Origin: a virus
Virus record (IMG/VR): IMGVR_UViG_3300025115_000004
Location: 1-64,000 of that record
Strand: one strand, 5' to 3'
DNA: 64,000 nt
The position numbers and the translations under genes are program-made. Each line of letters begins with the position of its first letter. Within the stretch, counting starts at the first letter, position 1. Positions 36,301 to 47,000 of the stretch are shown here, in pieces. The notes under the pieces are model-generated. The model did no database searches and was not told where the DNA came from. It saw nothing but the letters and a program-made list of their open reading frames with translations.

Positions 36301-38113
36301 ACCTGTAGGGAACATCAACACATATAGAGCTGATCTTTTGAATAATGGATCGTTCACTCCTTCAGGTGGTTTGACCTGTTATGGTTTATATCAAGTTACG
36401 GGTCGAACTATAACTTTTCCTTACCTAATGCCCGGATCAGGTACGCCTATTGTACCGGTAATCGGTACAGAGATTGTTGTCAGATATAATCCTAATTCTC
36501 CTATTAAGGTTTTCTTAGGGGATACTGTGGTGGGGGAGGCTTCTTTCCTTGCTGTTGATGGTGAAGGTGGAGGTAAGGGAGTGTCTAATTATACTACACA
36601 CTTTAGGATGGCCGCTCCTATGCCTCAATTAAACTTTACCTTGCATGCCAATTATCGTCAGCCTTATGATCCGGCTAATACTCTGGGAGGTACTTTAAAG
36701 GCTATAGAGACAGTTACTTCCTTCCAGTTGGGGTGGATAAGACAATGGTTGGTTATGTTCACCTGCGAAAGTACAGTGAACTTACCTATGGTGTATAAGG
36801 ATATGTTCCCCAGACGTAATTATGTTATGCGTCCTAAGTTCTTTGCCGCTAAATTAGACTCTGAATCGATCAATGATTACCTTGAAAGACATCTCACTTA
36901 CCTTGATTATAATGTAGACTATCCTGATGAGATATATAATTGGGCCTACGGAGGGTTTCATACCCCTTCTGGATCTAATTTTGATTACCAGAAGAATCTT
37001 CCTTATAAAGGGTTCACAAAGCCTAAGATAGGTTCTATAGATCTGTTGAGTATGATGAAGAGGCTCCATTGGTCTACTGAGACGAGAGTGGGTTTCAGAT
37101 TTAGCAGGGTATTTATTCCTTTGAATGTCTATGACCTCCGTAATGATAAAGCCTCTCAGATAAGTATTTTATATGACGAATTCTCGGAGAAGGGGTCGAA
37201 TCTTTATGTGATTACTGATAGGGGTGTTGGTATGCTTCTAGTGGGTAAGAAGATGCTATCTGATGCTGGTGGTAACGCTTTAACTATCAGAGCTTCTGAT
37301 GCTACCTTTATCGGTGGAGAGGTATGGTTAAGTAATGGTATTAGTTGCCCGGACGATTATTGGAGAGGTAAGTCAGAGGGGATTATCAAAGCCCCTAATA
37401 ATATTAAGATGCCTGTACTGATCTTCCCCACAACTAGGGAGATTATCATGTTGACTAACAATACCTTCATGGATATCTCAACAAATAATCGACAGGTTAT
37501 CTCGGACGCTCTGAAGGGTATAGGTAGCAACAACATGTTTAGTGTTATTGACGAAGAGTTAAATGCTATGCATATACACCTAAATGGTTATATGTATAGT
37601 TTTAATATGGATATCAATAATTGGGATTTCTCTTTACATAATCCTTTATATGTGAAATCTGTATACACCCCTTATCTGAATGGTGTCAACGATAAGTCTG
37701 TGGTTGCTTCTGTGGTTGTAGATGATTTAGTGGAGGAGAGATCTGTAGTGATTTCCAGCTCATTACCTGCGAGGGTCACGTTATCTGACTCTATACCTTA
37801 TGTTTCTTTCTCGGTAACTCCGGGATTAGCCTCCTCTTATGAGTTTGTTGATATATTTATAGGGGCTAGTTATAAACCGGCTAAAATTGTTCTATCCTTG
37901 GAGAGTGATTTTTCAGTGGTATCAGAAGTATTACAGGCAAAAATTAATCAGTATGCTCCCGGGTTATGGGAGGCTAAGTTACCTAGGTTAAGTAATAGTA
38001 AGAGATTGGTTGGCAAGACTTTATATGTCTCGGTTGTTTTACCGGACGATCATGCTTTTGTCTATGATCTTAAATGGGTAAAAATAGGTTATAAAGATAT
38101 CATTGGGGGTTAG
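33356..38113 (+). CDS. Tail muzzle / nozzle (stabilisation) protein
   Basis: 1585 aa; FFGGL..D N-terminus, YAYSMCY...TAWSP, KSHRLGERYGFG motifs like crAss-type muzzle proteins. Confidence 0.65.
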   Translation: MRSTEGQKYTASLFFGGLARDIDPEMLDPKTGAFLEAHGMRISNMVKNILTKLPGDKEFITATAVEANILTGLVWLNGYVVEFWHDTLTGYGTIRANGVVVASSLDIPGDDSHWLDIDTNSDTGELFITDNKQCPVVYELPDLLANVATQKYFTNYDRTLYEINKPVQLNQPMFVSLEDLGAAGGLRTGSYAYSMCYSTLSGEDTAWSPVSPYIPVPVENVTQRSLPISGYYSGLETYGSEPSLSPTRYGIRLRLRVVNKAGFDYIKLRRVENVTGQPPSYTPAAQFLILTVDAGGTPIDIKQNPFTIIDFVDSSAQQWAALDTSIINTLSTVKRARTIRYYDRRIILGGVEYMPKTLSSEDIFIQHSGVAKVLFPVVERLNADGFADIQNQVFKKSHRLGERYGFGLKLRDEQGNDLYTIPLKKGAEDYTNYLFPQRRDAIPASELSFSSNPLIDSTVESNSAGTKTQYSYPILIHNSNCVMTPLSQNSVSFSIPNFKSIMNIPSNASISSTFVGKCNTLSGIYEAIDNDYPFSIEGSLLDNGSSVVYTSGTDTLTFTIIYSSGDIFDESPIQILSGTATFLQLMCQYTVQSSYDYVYDPVTAIRTAKTGTPSSDVNIIEDSNNYPYNPLTPTGVGGGSGGRGNNYEGHRIEVMDTIESTNNVVGKYGVHKSTVGVSIGGLDLSKLPDYVKSFSVVRTPPAGRVVCQGIGMYALVPQNYGDTSPGLVKHLNRLWFYSPELDQVIGDKAHLFDDIANNPSNYQIQLVSPCGFFTDVYSSEYILPPIPSPPIDRYTHMDMVSMPISGADTNVADMSPMDSSDQIGVAGRITFGKWRNQSNQGSGITSSTDKYIYDITSASTAIHGKFRLPYLELALGANIYYTANVGTVAGTNSGARDFHEPWYIVNIIQTGKNIISGNIDTYNEIGHNIHISSVLGVSNGLFSQSFELLEERPEDVTGLGTSASQYRYIYVDGEPWLSGNNIPVGNINTYRADLLNNGSFTPSGGLTCYGLYQVTGRTITFPYLMPGSGTPIVPVIGTEIVVRYNPNSPIKVFLGDTVVGEASFLAVDGEGGGKGVSNYTTHFRMAAPMPQLNFTLHANYRQPYDPANTLGGTLKAIETVTSFQLGWIRQWLVMFTCESTVNLPMVYKDMFPRRNYVMRPKFFAAKLDSESINDYLERHLTYLDYNVDYPDEIYNWAYGGFHTPSGSNFDYQKNLPYKGFTKPKIGSIDLLSMMKRLHWSTETRVGFRFSRVFIPLNVYDLRNDKASQISILYDEFSEKGSNLYVITDRGVGMLLVGKKMLSDAGGNALTIRASDATFIGGEVWLSNGISCPDDYWRGKSEGIIKAPNNIKMPVLIFPTTREIIMLTNNTFMDISTNNRQVISDALKGIGSNNMFSVIDEELNAMHIHLNGYMYSFNMDINNWDFSLHNPLYVKSVYTPYLNGVNDKSVVASVVVDDLVEERSVVISSSLPARVTLSDSIPYVSFSVTPGLASSYEFVDIFIGASYKPAKIVLSLESDFSVVSEVLQAKINQYAPGLWEAKLPRLSNSKRLVGKTLYVSVVLPDDHAFVYDLKWVKIGYKDIIGG

Positions 38114-38176
38114 GAAATTAGCATTATAATATGTAAATTTGTGCGTCAAAAACTAATTAATAAAAACTAAAAAGTT

Positions 38177-38515
38177 ATGCCACGAAAATGTAAAGTGTCA
38201 AAAATCATGGGTAAGGTCGGTAAGAAAGCAGTAGTTAAGTATGTAGCAAAGGATACAGGAATTTCTCAGGAGACTGTCTCTTTTGTTTATGACAGCATTA
38301 TGGATTGCATACTGAAGAGTGTGTTGGACATTAAGGCTGTTACTCTTCCGGGGATCGGCATCATATATCATAATCCTGTTAAAAGCAGGTTGTCGAATAT
38401 GACCAATAGTATCGTACCTCCCCATAAGCATTTGTCCTTTAAGCCTCAGGAGGTTCTGGCTAGGACTATTCGGGTTAAGACCCGGGAATATCCGATAACA
38501 TCGAAAACGAAGTAA
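38177..38515 (+). CDS. HU/IHF-like DNA-bending protein
   Basis: VA..TGISQ..V..V...I......VTLPGIG...R...T...VPPHK.LSFKP. Confidence 0.8.
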   Translation: MPRKCKVSKIMGKVGKKAVVKYVAKDTGISQETVSFVYDSIMDCILKSVLDIKAVTLPGIGIIYHNPVKSRLSNMTNSIVPPHKHLSFKPQEVLARTIRVKTREYPITSKTK

Positions 38516-38516
38516 T

Positions 38517-39284
38517 ATGAGTAATGTAGGATTATCAACAGCACAAGGAGCTCTAGGTGGTGCCGGTACAGGTGCAGCCATTGGTACAGCTCTATTACCC
38601 GGTGTGGGTACAGTATTAGGCACTATAGGTGGAGGTATAATAGGGGCCTTATCTGGGAGTGACAAAGCTTCAGAGCTGGAGAAGGTCCTCAAGAATATTA
38701 ATAGTATCCCCTTAGTAGATCCTAAGATGGTGGAGCTACGCGATTCTTTGTCCGCTGAAAAGAAAGCGATAGAGTCGGGTTTCTCCACAGATTTTCAGGT
38801 TGCTAGGGACATGATTGCCGAGTCCGAGGCGGGTGGTATGTCGGTAGCAGCAGAGATAGCTGCTACCAACCCGGCCTTAGGGCTTATGGCTATGAATCAG
38901 GTATCTAGTCAGGCAGATGCCTCTGTCAACAAGGCTTTAGGTACCATAGGTACTAGATCTACCGCTTTCACACAGATGTTGGCAGATTTGATGGGGAAGA
39001 TGAGTCAAAGAGAGTTGGATATAACGATGTTTAAAAACTCACAGAACTTGGCTATCGCTTTCAAGAATATGAAGGACTTTAATGAGAATTCTATGGCAGG
39101 TATGATGCAGCTTTTAGATCCGGAAGTTATTTCTGGTTTTAAAAGTGTTATAGGTTCTGGGGGTGTTGACGGTGGTAAGGTAGCTGGATTATTACCTTTC
39201 GGTTGGGGCACTAATCCAGCTGATTTTAGGGGTTCTTCTATGGGAGATTATTTTAGTAATATGGGGATAGGTATACCTCAATAA
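38517..39284 (+). CDS. Ejection / internal virion protein 1
   Basis: Glycine-zipper N-terminus (GAGTGAAIG..PGVGT..GGIIG); position. Confidence 0.6.
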   Translation: MSNVGLSTAQGALGGAGTGAAIGTALLPGVGTVLGTIGGGIIGALSGSDKASELEKVLKNINSIPLVDPKMVELRDSLSAEKKAIESGFSTDFQVARDMIAESEAGGMSVAAEIAATNPALGLMAMNQVSSQADASVNKALGTIGTRSTAFTQMLADLMGKMSQRELDITMFKNSQNLAIAFKNMKDFNENSMAGMMQLLDPEVISGFKSVIGSGGVDGGKVAGLLPFGWGTNPADFRGSSMGDYFSNMGIGIPQ

Positions 39285-39298
39285 ATTTTGATAAAGTC

Positions 39299-41023
39299 AT
39301 GGCAGATAATCCCAGTGTTGTAAGTGATGCCTCAGGAGGTAACTACAGCGGTATATTAGACCAAACTAATTTAGCTAGTGCAGCTAATATGTCTTATCTG
39401 GAGAATCTGTGGGAACTTGCTCAGAAGGCTGCTCCAAACACTCCTGCCAGTAACCCTTATAGACCATCTGCTGGTGAGGGGGTTAAAGTGGGGGGTATAT
39501 CGAACCAAACTTTAGGTAGTGTGGATTTGTTTGCTTCCGGTTTGGCTAAGATTCCTTTTGAGGTTCTGGATCAGATGGAGAAGGCCAAACAGGATGCTGA
39601 AGCTAAATATTATAAAGAGGTAAAGACCTATCTGGATAAGCCTATTGCTGATATTACAGCCAAGTTGAATAATCCGTTTGCTCAGAAAGATTTTGTTGAG
39701 AAGATACAGGGGACCATGGATGCTTATCTGGATTCCTATGCGAATAGATTTGGGGGTGATTACATGAAGGCCTATGCAGCTGCTGTTAGTGACCCTAACT
39801 TGAAGAGGACCATGGCTCTTTACCAGAATTATGCGGATGCTTATAACATGGTATTTACGGATGTGGTAGACCTATTAAAAAAGTCTGCTAATCCTACTGA
39901 GTACTATGTACCTGACGAGATGAAACAAAGAGCTAATAGGTTCTTACAGAACCACGGGGATATGAAGAATCTTTCCATCGATAAACTGGCTCAGAACATT
40001 GATCAATTCAAAGAGGATTTATCAATATATAAGATTGTTCAGACCGCGATGAAGGACTTTAAAGATTCTGTGTATGAGAGTTATCCATATAAAGACACTA
40101 ACATCTCTACAGATGAGGAGGATGTTTATATTCAAAAGACAGTAACAGGTAAAGAAGGTGGGGCTCAATCATTTATCAATTCTATAGTAGAGGCTCATCC
40201 GTGGATTAAGAGTGATCCGATTCAAATGTCTTTATTAACCTCCTTGGTTACCAACTCTATGAAGCATGATGTTAAATATGCTATTAGTAAGGTCAAAAAG
40301 GATAGTGCTGAGCGTACATTGGATCTGAAGAAGTATGGGATTATGAACGATAAGGGAGAGATTCAGTTCAATACCAAACCAGCCGCGTTGGTTAATACTT
40401 TAGCTTATGATGCTGTGAATTATCCGAAACAGGATAAACCTATACCAACTACTGTAGGGGCCTATGCTTACTTCATTAACAACGGGAAGTTGTGTTACGG
40501 TAAGTTACCTGAATCGTACCAGATGATCCCTGTATCTGAATATGATATAAGGCAGGATGATAAGATTGTGAGGGGTAGGTATGTAGAGGGTAAGATAGCT
40601 TTTCAGAGTTCTCAACCATTCAAACCAGAACAGATTAGAACGGCTTCTTCACAAGGGGTGTTAACTGATGCTAGGAAGATTGGAGAGGGTAGAGGTACTA
40701 CTGAAGTGGTGCCTACTAAGATATTTGATGAATTAAGCGGGTCTGAGATATCAGTGTTTGGTGAAACTACTGTTCTTATGCCTTTTGAACAGATGAAGGG
40801 ACAGATAGCTGGTGCCATACCTCATATGAGTTATGTGCATGAGAAACTGGATGAAAAGAGGGGTGGTGTACATATGAAAGCAGGAACACCTGAAGTGCCT
40901 ATAGGTGTGACAGAGGACACTGACCTATCAGATATAAATAACAGTCCGTTGGTTTATTATAGGCTATGGAATGGTAACGTAATGACTGGGCAGGCTATTC
41001 ATAATATGTATACGAAGAAATGA
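39299..41023 (+). CDS. Ejection / internal virion protein 2
   Basis: Position between ejection proteins; helical. Confidence 0.55.
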   Translation: MADNPSVVSDASGGNYSGILDQTNLASAANMSYLENLWELAQKAAPNTPASNPYRPSAGEGVKVGGISNQTLGSVDLFASGLAKIPFEVLDQMEKAKQDAEAKYYKEVKTYLDKPIADITAKLNNPFAQKDFVEKIQGTMDAYLDSYANRFGGDYMKAYAAAVSDPNLKRTMALYQNYADAYNMVFTDVVDLLKKSANPTEYYVPDEMKQRANRFLQNHGDMKNLSIDKLAQNIDQFKEDLSIYKIVQTAMKDFKDSVYESYPYKDTNISTDEEDVYIQKTVTGKEGGAQSFINSIVEAHPWIKSDPIQMSLLTSLVTNSMKHDVKYAISKVKKDSAERTLDLKKYGIMNDKGEIQFNTKPAALVNTLAYDAVNYPKQDKPIPTTVGAYAYFINNGKLCYGKLPESYQMIPVSEYDIRQDDKIVRGRYVEGKIAFQSSQPFKPEQIRTASSQGVLTDARKIGEGRGTTEVVPTKIFDELSGSEISVFGETTVLMPFEQMKGQIAGAIPHMSYVHEKLDEKRGGVHMKAGTPEVPIGVTEDTDLSDINNSPLVYYRLWNGNVMTGQAIHNMYTKK

Positions 41024-44000
41024 AATTAAAGGATATTTTCACCGAAGATCCCAAGAACCCGGGAGTAAAAGATTATTGGAAGGTTCCTCAGGAATCTGTC
41101 ACTATTCCTATGGCTCCAGCTACCACAACTCCGGCTGCTACTCCATCACCTAAGTTGAAGGATTTCCTCTCCGAGGATTTGAATGCTCCTAAGGTTCAAC
41201 CTACTGATAGATTTGTATCTAATCATATAACAAGTCCTGTTGTGGATGAGATGTTTAGATTGGTGGATGCTGGGGTAGAACCTATGCAAGCTATCAAACA
41301 GCTACAGGATGCTCCGGATACTCGTGTGGCTTATATCGAACAGGTTGCTTCTGAGATGGTGGGGAGGGATATGATAAAGTTACTAACCTTACCTGATGAT
41401 TATCGTAGTTTTCGGGGACCATCATGGAAGAAGGTTAAGGACAATATAACTGAATCGGGGGGTATATACAGGGATGATGAGAAAGATTTATATAAGGAAG
41501 CTGTACGTAAGCACGCTAGGAATAGCCTTTCGGTAGGGTGGATAAATAGGGCTTTTGATACATCTTATCATAGGGTGGGGGAAGCTTTCGATCCTGAGGA
41601 TAGTACATTTGATAAGATGACAGATAGTGCTTATGAATATGTGACTCCGATGCTTTCGCCTGAGATGCAGAAGAGGTTCCAGATTCAGGATCAGATAGAT
41701 GCAGAAAATGCAAAGTCTGTTGAGGACGGTAAGGATTATAATAAGATAAAGGCCTTGACTCAGCAGTTAAACTCTACAGGTAAGACGTATACCGATATGG
41801 ACGGGAACGTCATAGAGACTGCCGATATGTCCAAGGTCTCCGCGGAGGATAAGGACTTCCTCAAGATGATTCAGGATAAAGAGTCTGAACTAGAGCCTAT
41901 AAGGACTGATAGGGAGAGGTTACGGGATGTGTTTATGGAGCATTATGCTTATACCCGAGCTCTAGAGGAGATATATCAGGTGGAGGTTGCCCCAAAATTA
42001 GGGGCTGCTACAACCTTTATGCATGCTGGTATGAGTCCGGCCGAGCTTCCTAGAGATCAGATAATGACCAAAGAGAATTGGGATTTGATGGATAAGTACA
42101 GGGAGGCTAGAGCTCATCTACAGGCTATTGGATCTATGTATATGGCTAATCGGTCTCCTTTGGATGTTAAGAGAGATTTTGGCTTCTTCTTAGGTGATGC
42201 TGTGGAAAGTGCTGGTAGAGGATTGTTTGGGGACCGTATTATGAATTCCATATACGATTCTCTGGAGAAGGATGGTGATACTAGGTCGACAACAGAGTTA
42301 AGGGCCCTCTCTGCGGTGATAAGTTCTAACGAACTTCCTACTTCTGAGGAGATGTCTAAGCATCTTGAACCTACGTTCTTTGAGATGGCTAATCAGACAG
42401 TCTTTGGGGTTTTAGGTATTCTTCCAAAGTTATATATAGCTAATGTGGCCGGAGCAGGCCTTGCAGGTCAAATAGGTCTTATGAGGTATATTGACCCGGT
42501 TAAAGGTTTGTGGACTACGGGTACCAGATTTCAGCAGGCTAATGCTGCAATCGCGCGTATAATGTTTGAGGAGGCAAAAATGAGGATGGTAGGTCTTCAT
42601 GCTGGTTCGGGGGCTGGTTTTGGTCTTGCACACGAAGCTCAGATGCGTATTAATATGCCCGGAGTTCCGGCTTATCTCAACACTTTCATGAATTTTATGA
42701 AGAAACCTTTTCTCATGACCTCGTCTATGTATGTAGCTAAAATGACAGAGGCTACCTTTGAGTATATTATGTCTGATGAGGAGATGAGTACTATTCTTGA
42801 TAGGTACTATGGAGGAGGTTTCAAGGAGTTAGGGGCAACATTCGCGGCCAATATGGTATTGGGTATAGGTAGTTATGGTACTCCTAAGAACAGATATCCG
42901 GAACTTCTTAAGATGGCTGAACAGTTGGAGAAGGACGGTAACAAGGCAGAGTCTATGCAGATAAGGTCTACTATCCAACTTATGCAGAAGATGGATAAGG
43001 CAGAGGAAGCTGTAAAATCAGAAGCTAAGTGGAGGGGGTGGAACGAGAAAGAGACTCAGGCTAAGCTTGTTGAAACTCAGCGTAAGGTGACTAGTGAACA
43101 TAGTGCTTCTACCACGGCCATGATGGAAAGACATAATATTTTGGAGAGGACTATTCCTGAAGCTGATTTAGCTAAAGCATTGAGTAAGACTAAGATGGTT
43201 GATACTGAAGGTAAACCTCAGGTATGGATATATGATACTGATGCAGTATTTAATCTATTCGATACGCGGGTGGCTCAGAAGAACAGTAAGACAAAGAAGA
43301 GTGCTCCCGGACGTGCGCAGGGTATGGTATGGTTTACTTTGGAGCCTGAGTTTAGGATGGGGGCTAATAGACATTACAGGTATCTTAACTTTGAGAAACC
43401 TAAGGATGTGGGTAATGTTAGATCTTTCAAATTTTCTGCGGACAATATTGAGGCCCTTAAGAGACAGGGTTATGACGGTATAACCGGTTATGAATGGTAC
43501 ACTAACTCTAAGGGTGAGAGGGTTAAAGCTAAAGTAGCTGCATCTTTTGGTACTCAGGGGATAGTAAAGACGAGAGAAGGGTCTGCATCCGCGGGGGCTC
43601 CTGAGGTTCTGCGTGAGTGGGCCACGAAGATCAGGGAACATAAAGGATTTAACGATCCTAAACCGGGTGAAATTTATCTGAGATTGCCGTATCAGGAGAA
43701 GGTAATTAACGGGGCTATGGAGGCTGCTGCCAAGACTCTAGAGGCTACTGCTAGTATTGTGGAGGCGGTTAATAAGGCTATTGAGCATGTTAAGTCGACA
43801 GACTGGTATAAGTCTATGGCACCGGAGGTACAGGCTAAGTATGATGCAGAGATGGCGGTTAGATTTAAGCAACTACTAGAGCAACAGAAACCAGCAGAGA
43901 TTGCTAAGTCTGAGATGGCTAAGGCTGAGGCTATGGTTAAGCAAGCTGAGTCTGAGGTAATGCCTGCTTTTAAGAGTACAGGGGAGGAAGTCGCGTCTAA

Positions 44001-47000
44001 ACATAGGGGGGAGTTTGTTACTGATATTAAGAAACCGGAGAGTATCGTAGAGAAGAGATCGAGAACAGGTGCTTGGGATGTATTAGACATCGAAGATGTT
44101 GTACGCGGAGCTCTGATTCTTAGGGACATGAAGGATTTTAAGGAGGCTTCTAAAGATCTTAAGAAAATGGGTTATACTATTCATAATAAGAGGGTAGGGA
44201 ATAGTGAAACCGGATTTAAGGGTGTATGGGCTACGAAACGTGAAGGTGAGTTAGGCACTGAGATACAGATCCATACAAAAGAGACTTGGGAGGCACATCA
44301 GAAGGCTAATGCCCTTACCAAGGAGTTTAGAGGTAAACAAAAAGGGGCTGATATCAAAGCCGAAGAGTCTACTGTCAAGATTCAAGAGAAGAAAGAAGTA
44401 GAGAAAGAATTCGAGGCGGCTACTCCTGAGAGTTTTATTAATATGGATACCACCCCTTTAAAGGGTACCCAATATGCTGTTCTTACCGCGGAGAATCCGG
44501 GTAATCAACAGGCTTCGGCAAAAGAGAATGCCAAGAAGAACAAGGAGCTCATGGAGGAGTTGAAGAAAGCTGGTTATAAACCTATACCTGTGAAAGGTAA
44601 CTACAATGGTAAATCAGAGAGTTCTTTCATTATACCCGGGATGACTGAAGCTGAGGCGTTAGCTATAGGTAAGAAGTACGGACAGGAGAGTGTGATCACT
44701 ACGAAGGGTATGATCTTTCAGGACGGCACTATGCATAAGGCTGAGCCTACCATTAATTTTGATCCTAATAAGGAGGCTGACTATAGCATTATCAATCTGG
44801 GGGGTAAAGAGGTAAAATTCTCTTTAGAGTTTGATTGGATTAACAAGATACCTACAGAGTCATATTCTTCTAGGTATACGGCTGCTATGTCGGAATCTAG
44901 ATCTCTGTACGATAAAGCTTATGAAGGGTTAGAGTTGATTAATCTGGAGGGTAGTCCGGCTAAGACAGCTCTAGAGCGTAAGATGAAGGAGTTAGAGCTT
45001 CCGGTATCTACTCAGAGGGAGATAAAGACTTCTTGGAATGAGACCAAGAAGAAGCTTCTTACAGATCTGAGGGAAGATAATGCAGCTATAAAAGGTGCTT
45101 TTAACGAGTTCATTAAGACTCTTCCATTAACCGAGGTTCATGGGTTGAACATCAAGCTTAAACCGACTATGCTTCGTAGGGTTAATGCTATAGATCCTAT
45201 GAAGCCTAAATCACTGGAACGCGCTATAGAGTATTTTGATAATATAGTCAACAATGCTGCTGCCCGTCTTAATGAAATAGAGATACAGAAGTCATGGGAT
45301 TATCTTGATAAGAAGACCAGTGATATGGCTATTAAGCAAGATAATCTGATTAGAGGTAAGTTTAGTTCGGAGGGGGCACCTCTGATAGATGTTTTGACAG
45401 GTATAAGGAAGAGTATGATAGAGGGTAACTATTATGACGCACAACAGAAGATTGGTGAGATACTTCTCTCAGCTGATAGAGAAGGGAGACCCTTATCTAT
45501 AGGTGAGTATAATCAGATATCAGAGTTAAAGTTTCACGGTCTTCTTAACGAGACAGGAGGTCTAACCGCTACTGCAGAGTACTATAAGGCAGCTGTAGCT
45601 GATCTGAAGTCTATAAGGACTAAGGGACAACATATGATTGCTGCTAAGAGGATGGTTAAACAGGCTCAAATGAATGAACTGTTCTCAGAGGTTAAAAATA
45701 TTCTGGATGGTAAACCCGGGAAGCCCGTTTCGTATGATCAGAGGGTAGCTTCTAATAGGACTCTCTCTGTAGGGGAGAAGATGAGTCGTATGACAGATAT
45801 TACATATTTTGACAGTTGGTTTACTATATTAGATAAGTTATCTAAGTTTGACAAATCTAGTCAACCCTATCAATCTACTTTAAACAAGGTTTATGGAGGG
45901 GCCGTGGTTGAATCGAATATGGGTTATCACATTGATTCTAAAGCTTTCCATAATGAAACTATTACTACGGCTAAGAATATATTTAACACAAAGAGTACAA
46001 CGGCACTTAATCGTAAGCTTAAGGAACACTCTATCAAACTATATGATATATCTAAGGAGTTTCAGGAGGTTACAGGAAGTAAGGAGAATCTATCTATTAC
46101 TATGAATCAGGCTTATAAAGTTTGGATGGATATGCAGGACCGTACAAATATGAGAGCTTTGGAGAATAGTGGTTATTTCAAGAACGGGGAAATGACTTCA
46201 TTAGGACATAAGATAGAATCTATATTAACTCCTGAAGTTAAACAATGGGCTGAGTGGCAGTTAAATGTCTTCTATCCTAAGATGTATGAATACCTTAATC
46301 CTTCTTATAGGGAGTTTTACGGTATTGATATGCCGTTCAATGAGAAATACTCACCCAGATTTGTACAGAATCCTGCTACAAAAGGTATTCCGGAGCATGA
46401 GTTATTAGCTTCCCAGACTCTGATGACCTCGATTAAGAATAATCATCTTCTTACTAGGACTAATCATGGTCATAAACTGAGCTTCATGGACGGGGATAAA
46501 GTTCTTACACAATATATTGATAAGATGTCTTACTGGAAGAACTGGACCCCTACTATACAGTTGTTAAATGAGTCTTTTATCAGGAATGGTGAGATTAGGA
46601 TGGCTATTGAGCAGAATTTTGGTCCCAGATATTTAAAGAATATTGAAGGTTTTATGTATGATTACAGTAAGAAACCTAAACAGGATTATACTAAATTCTT
46701 AGCCCCTTTTGTAAATAATATGGCGGTAGCTACCTTATCTTTAAAGATACCTGTAATGTTAAAACAGTTAACGTCAGCCCCAGCGTATCTAGAAAATATG
46801 CCTGTGCTTGAGTATGGTAGGTATTTCTCCGAGATATTCTCTCACCCTGTAGAGACTGTAAAGACTATGAAGAGATTATTAGATAGCGATTATATGCAGC
46901 AGAGGTATAAGACAGGGTGGGATCAGACTGTTACGGCTGTCATGGCGAGAGATTTAAATAGTCTCTCGGGGCAGAGTAATTGGCGTAATTGGCAGAATAC

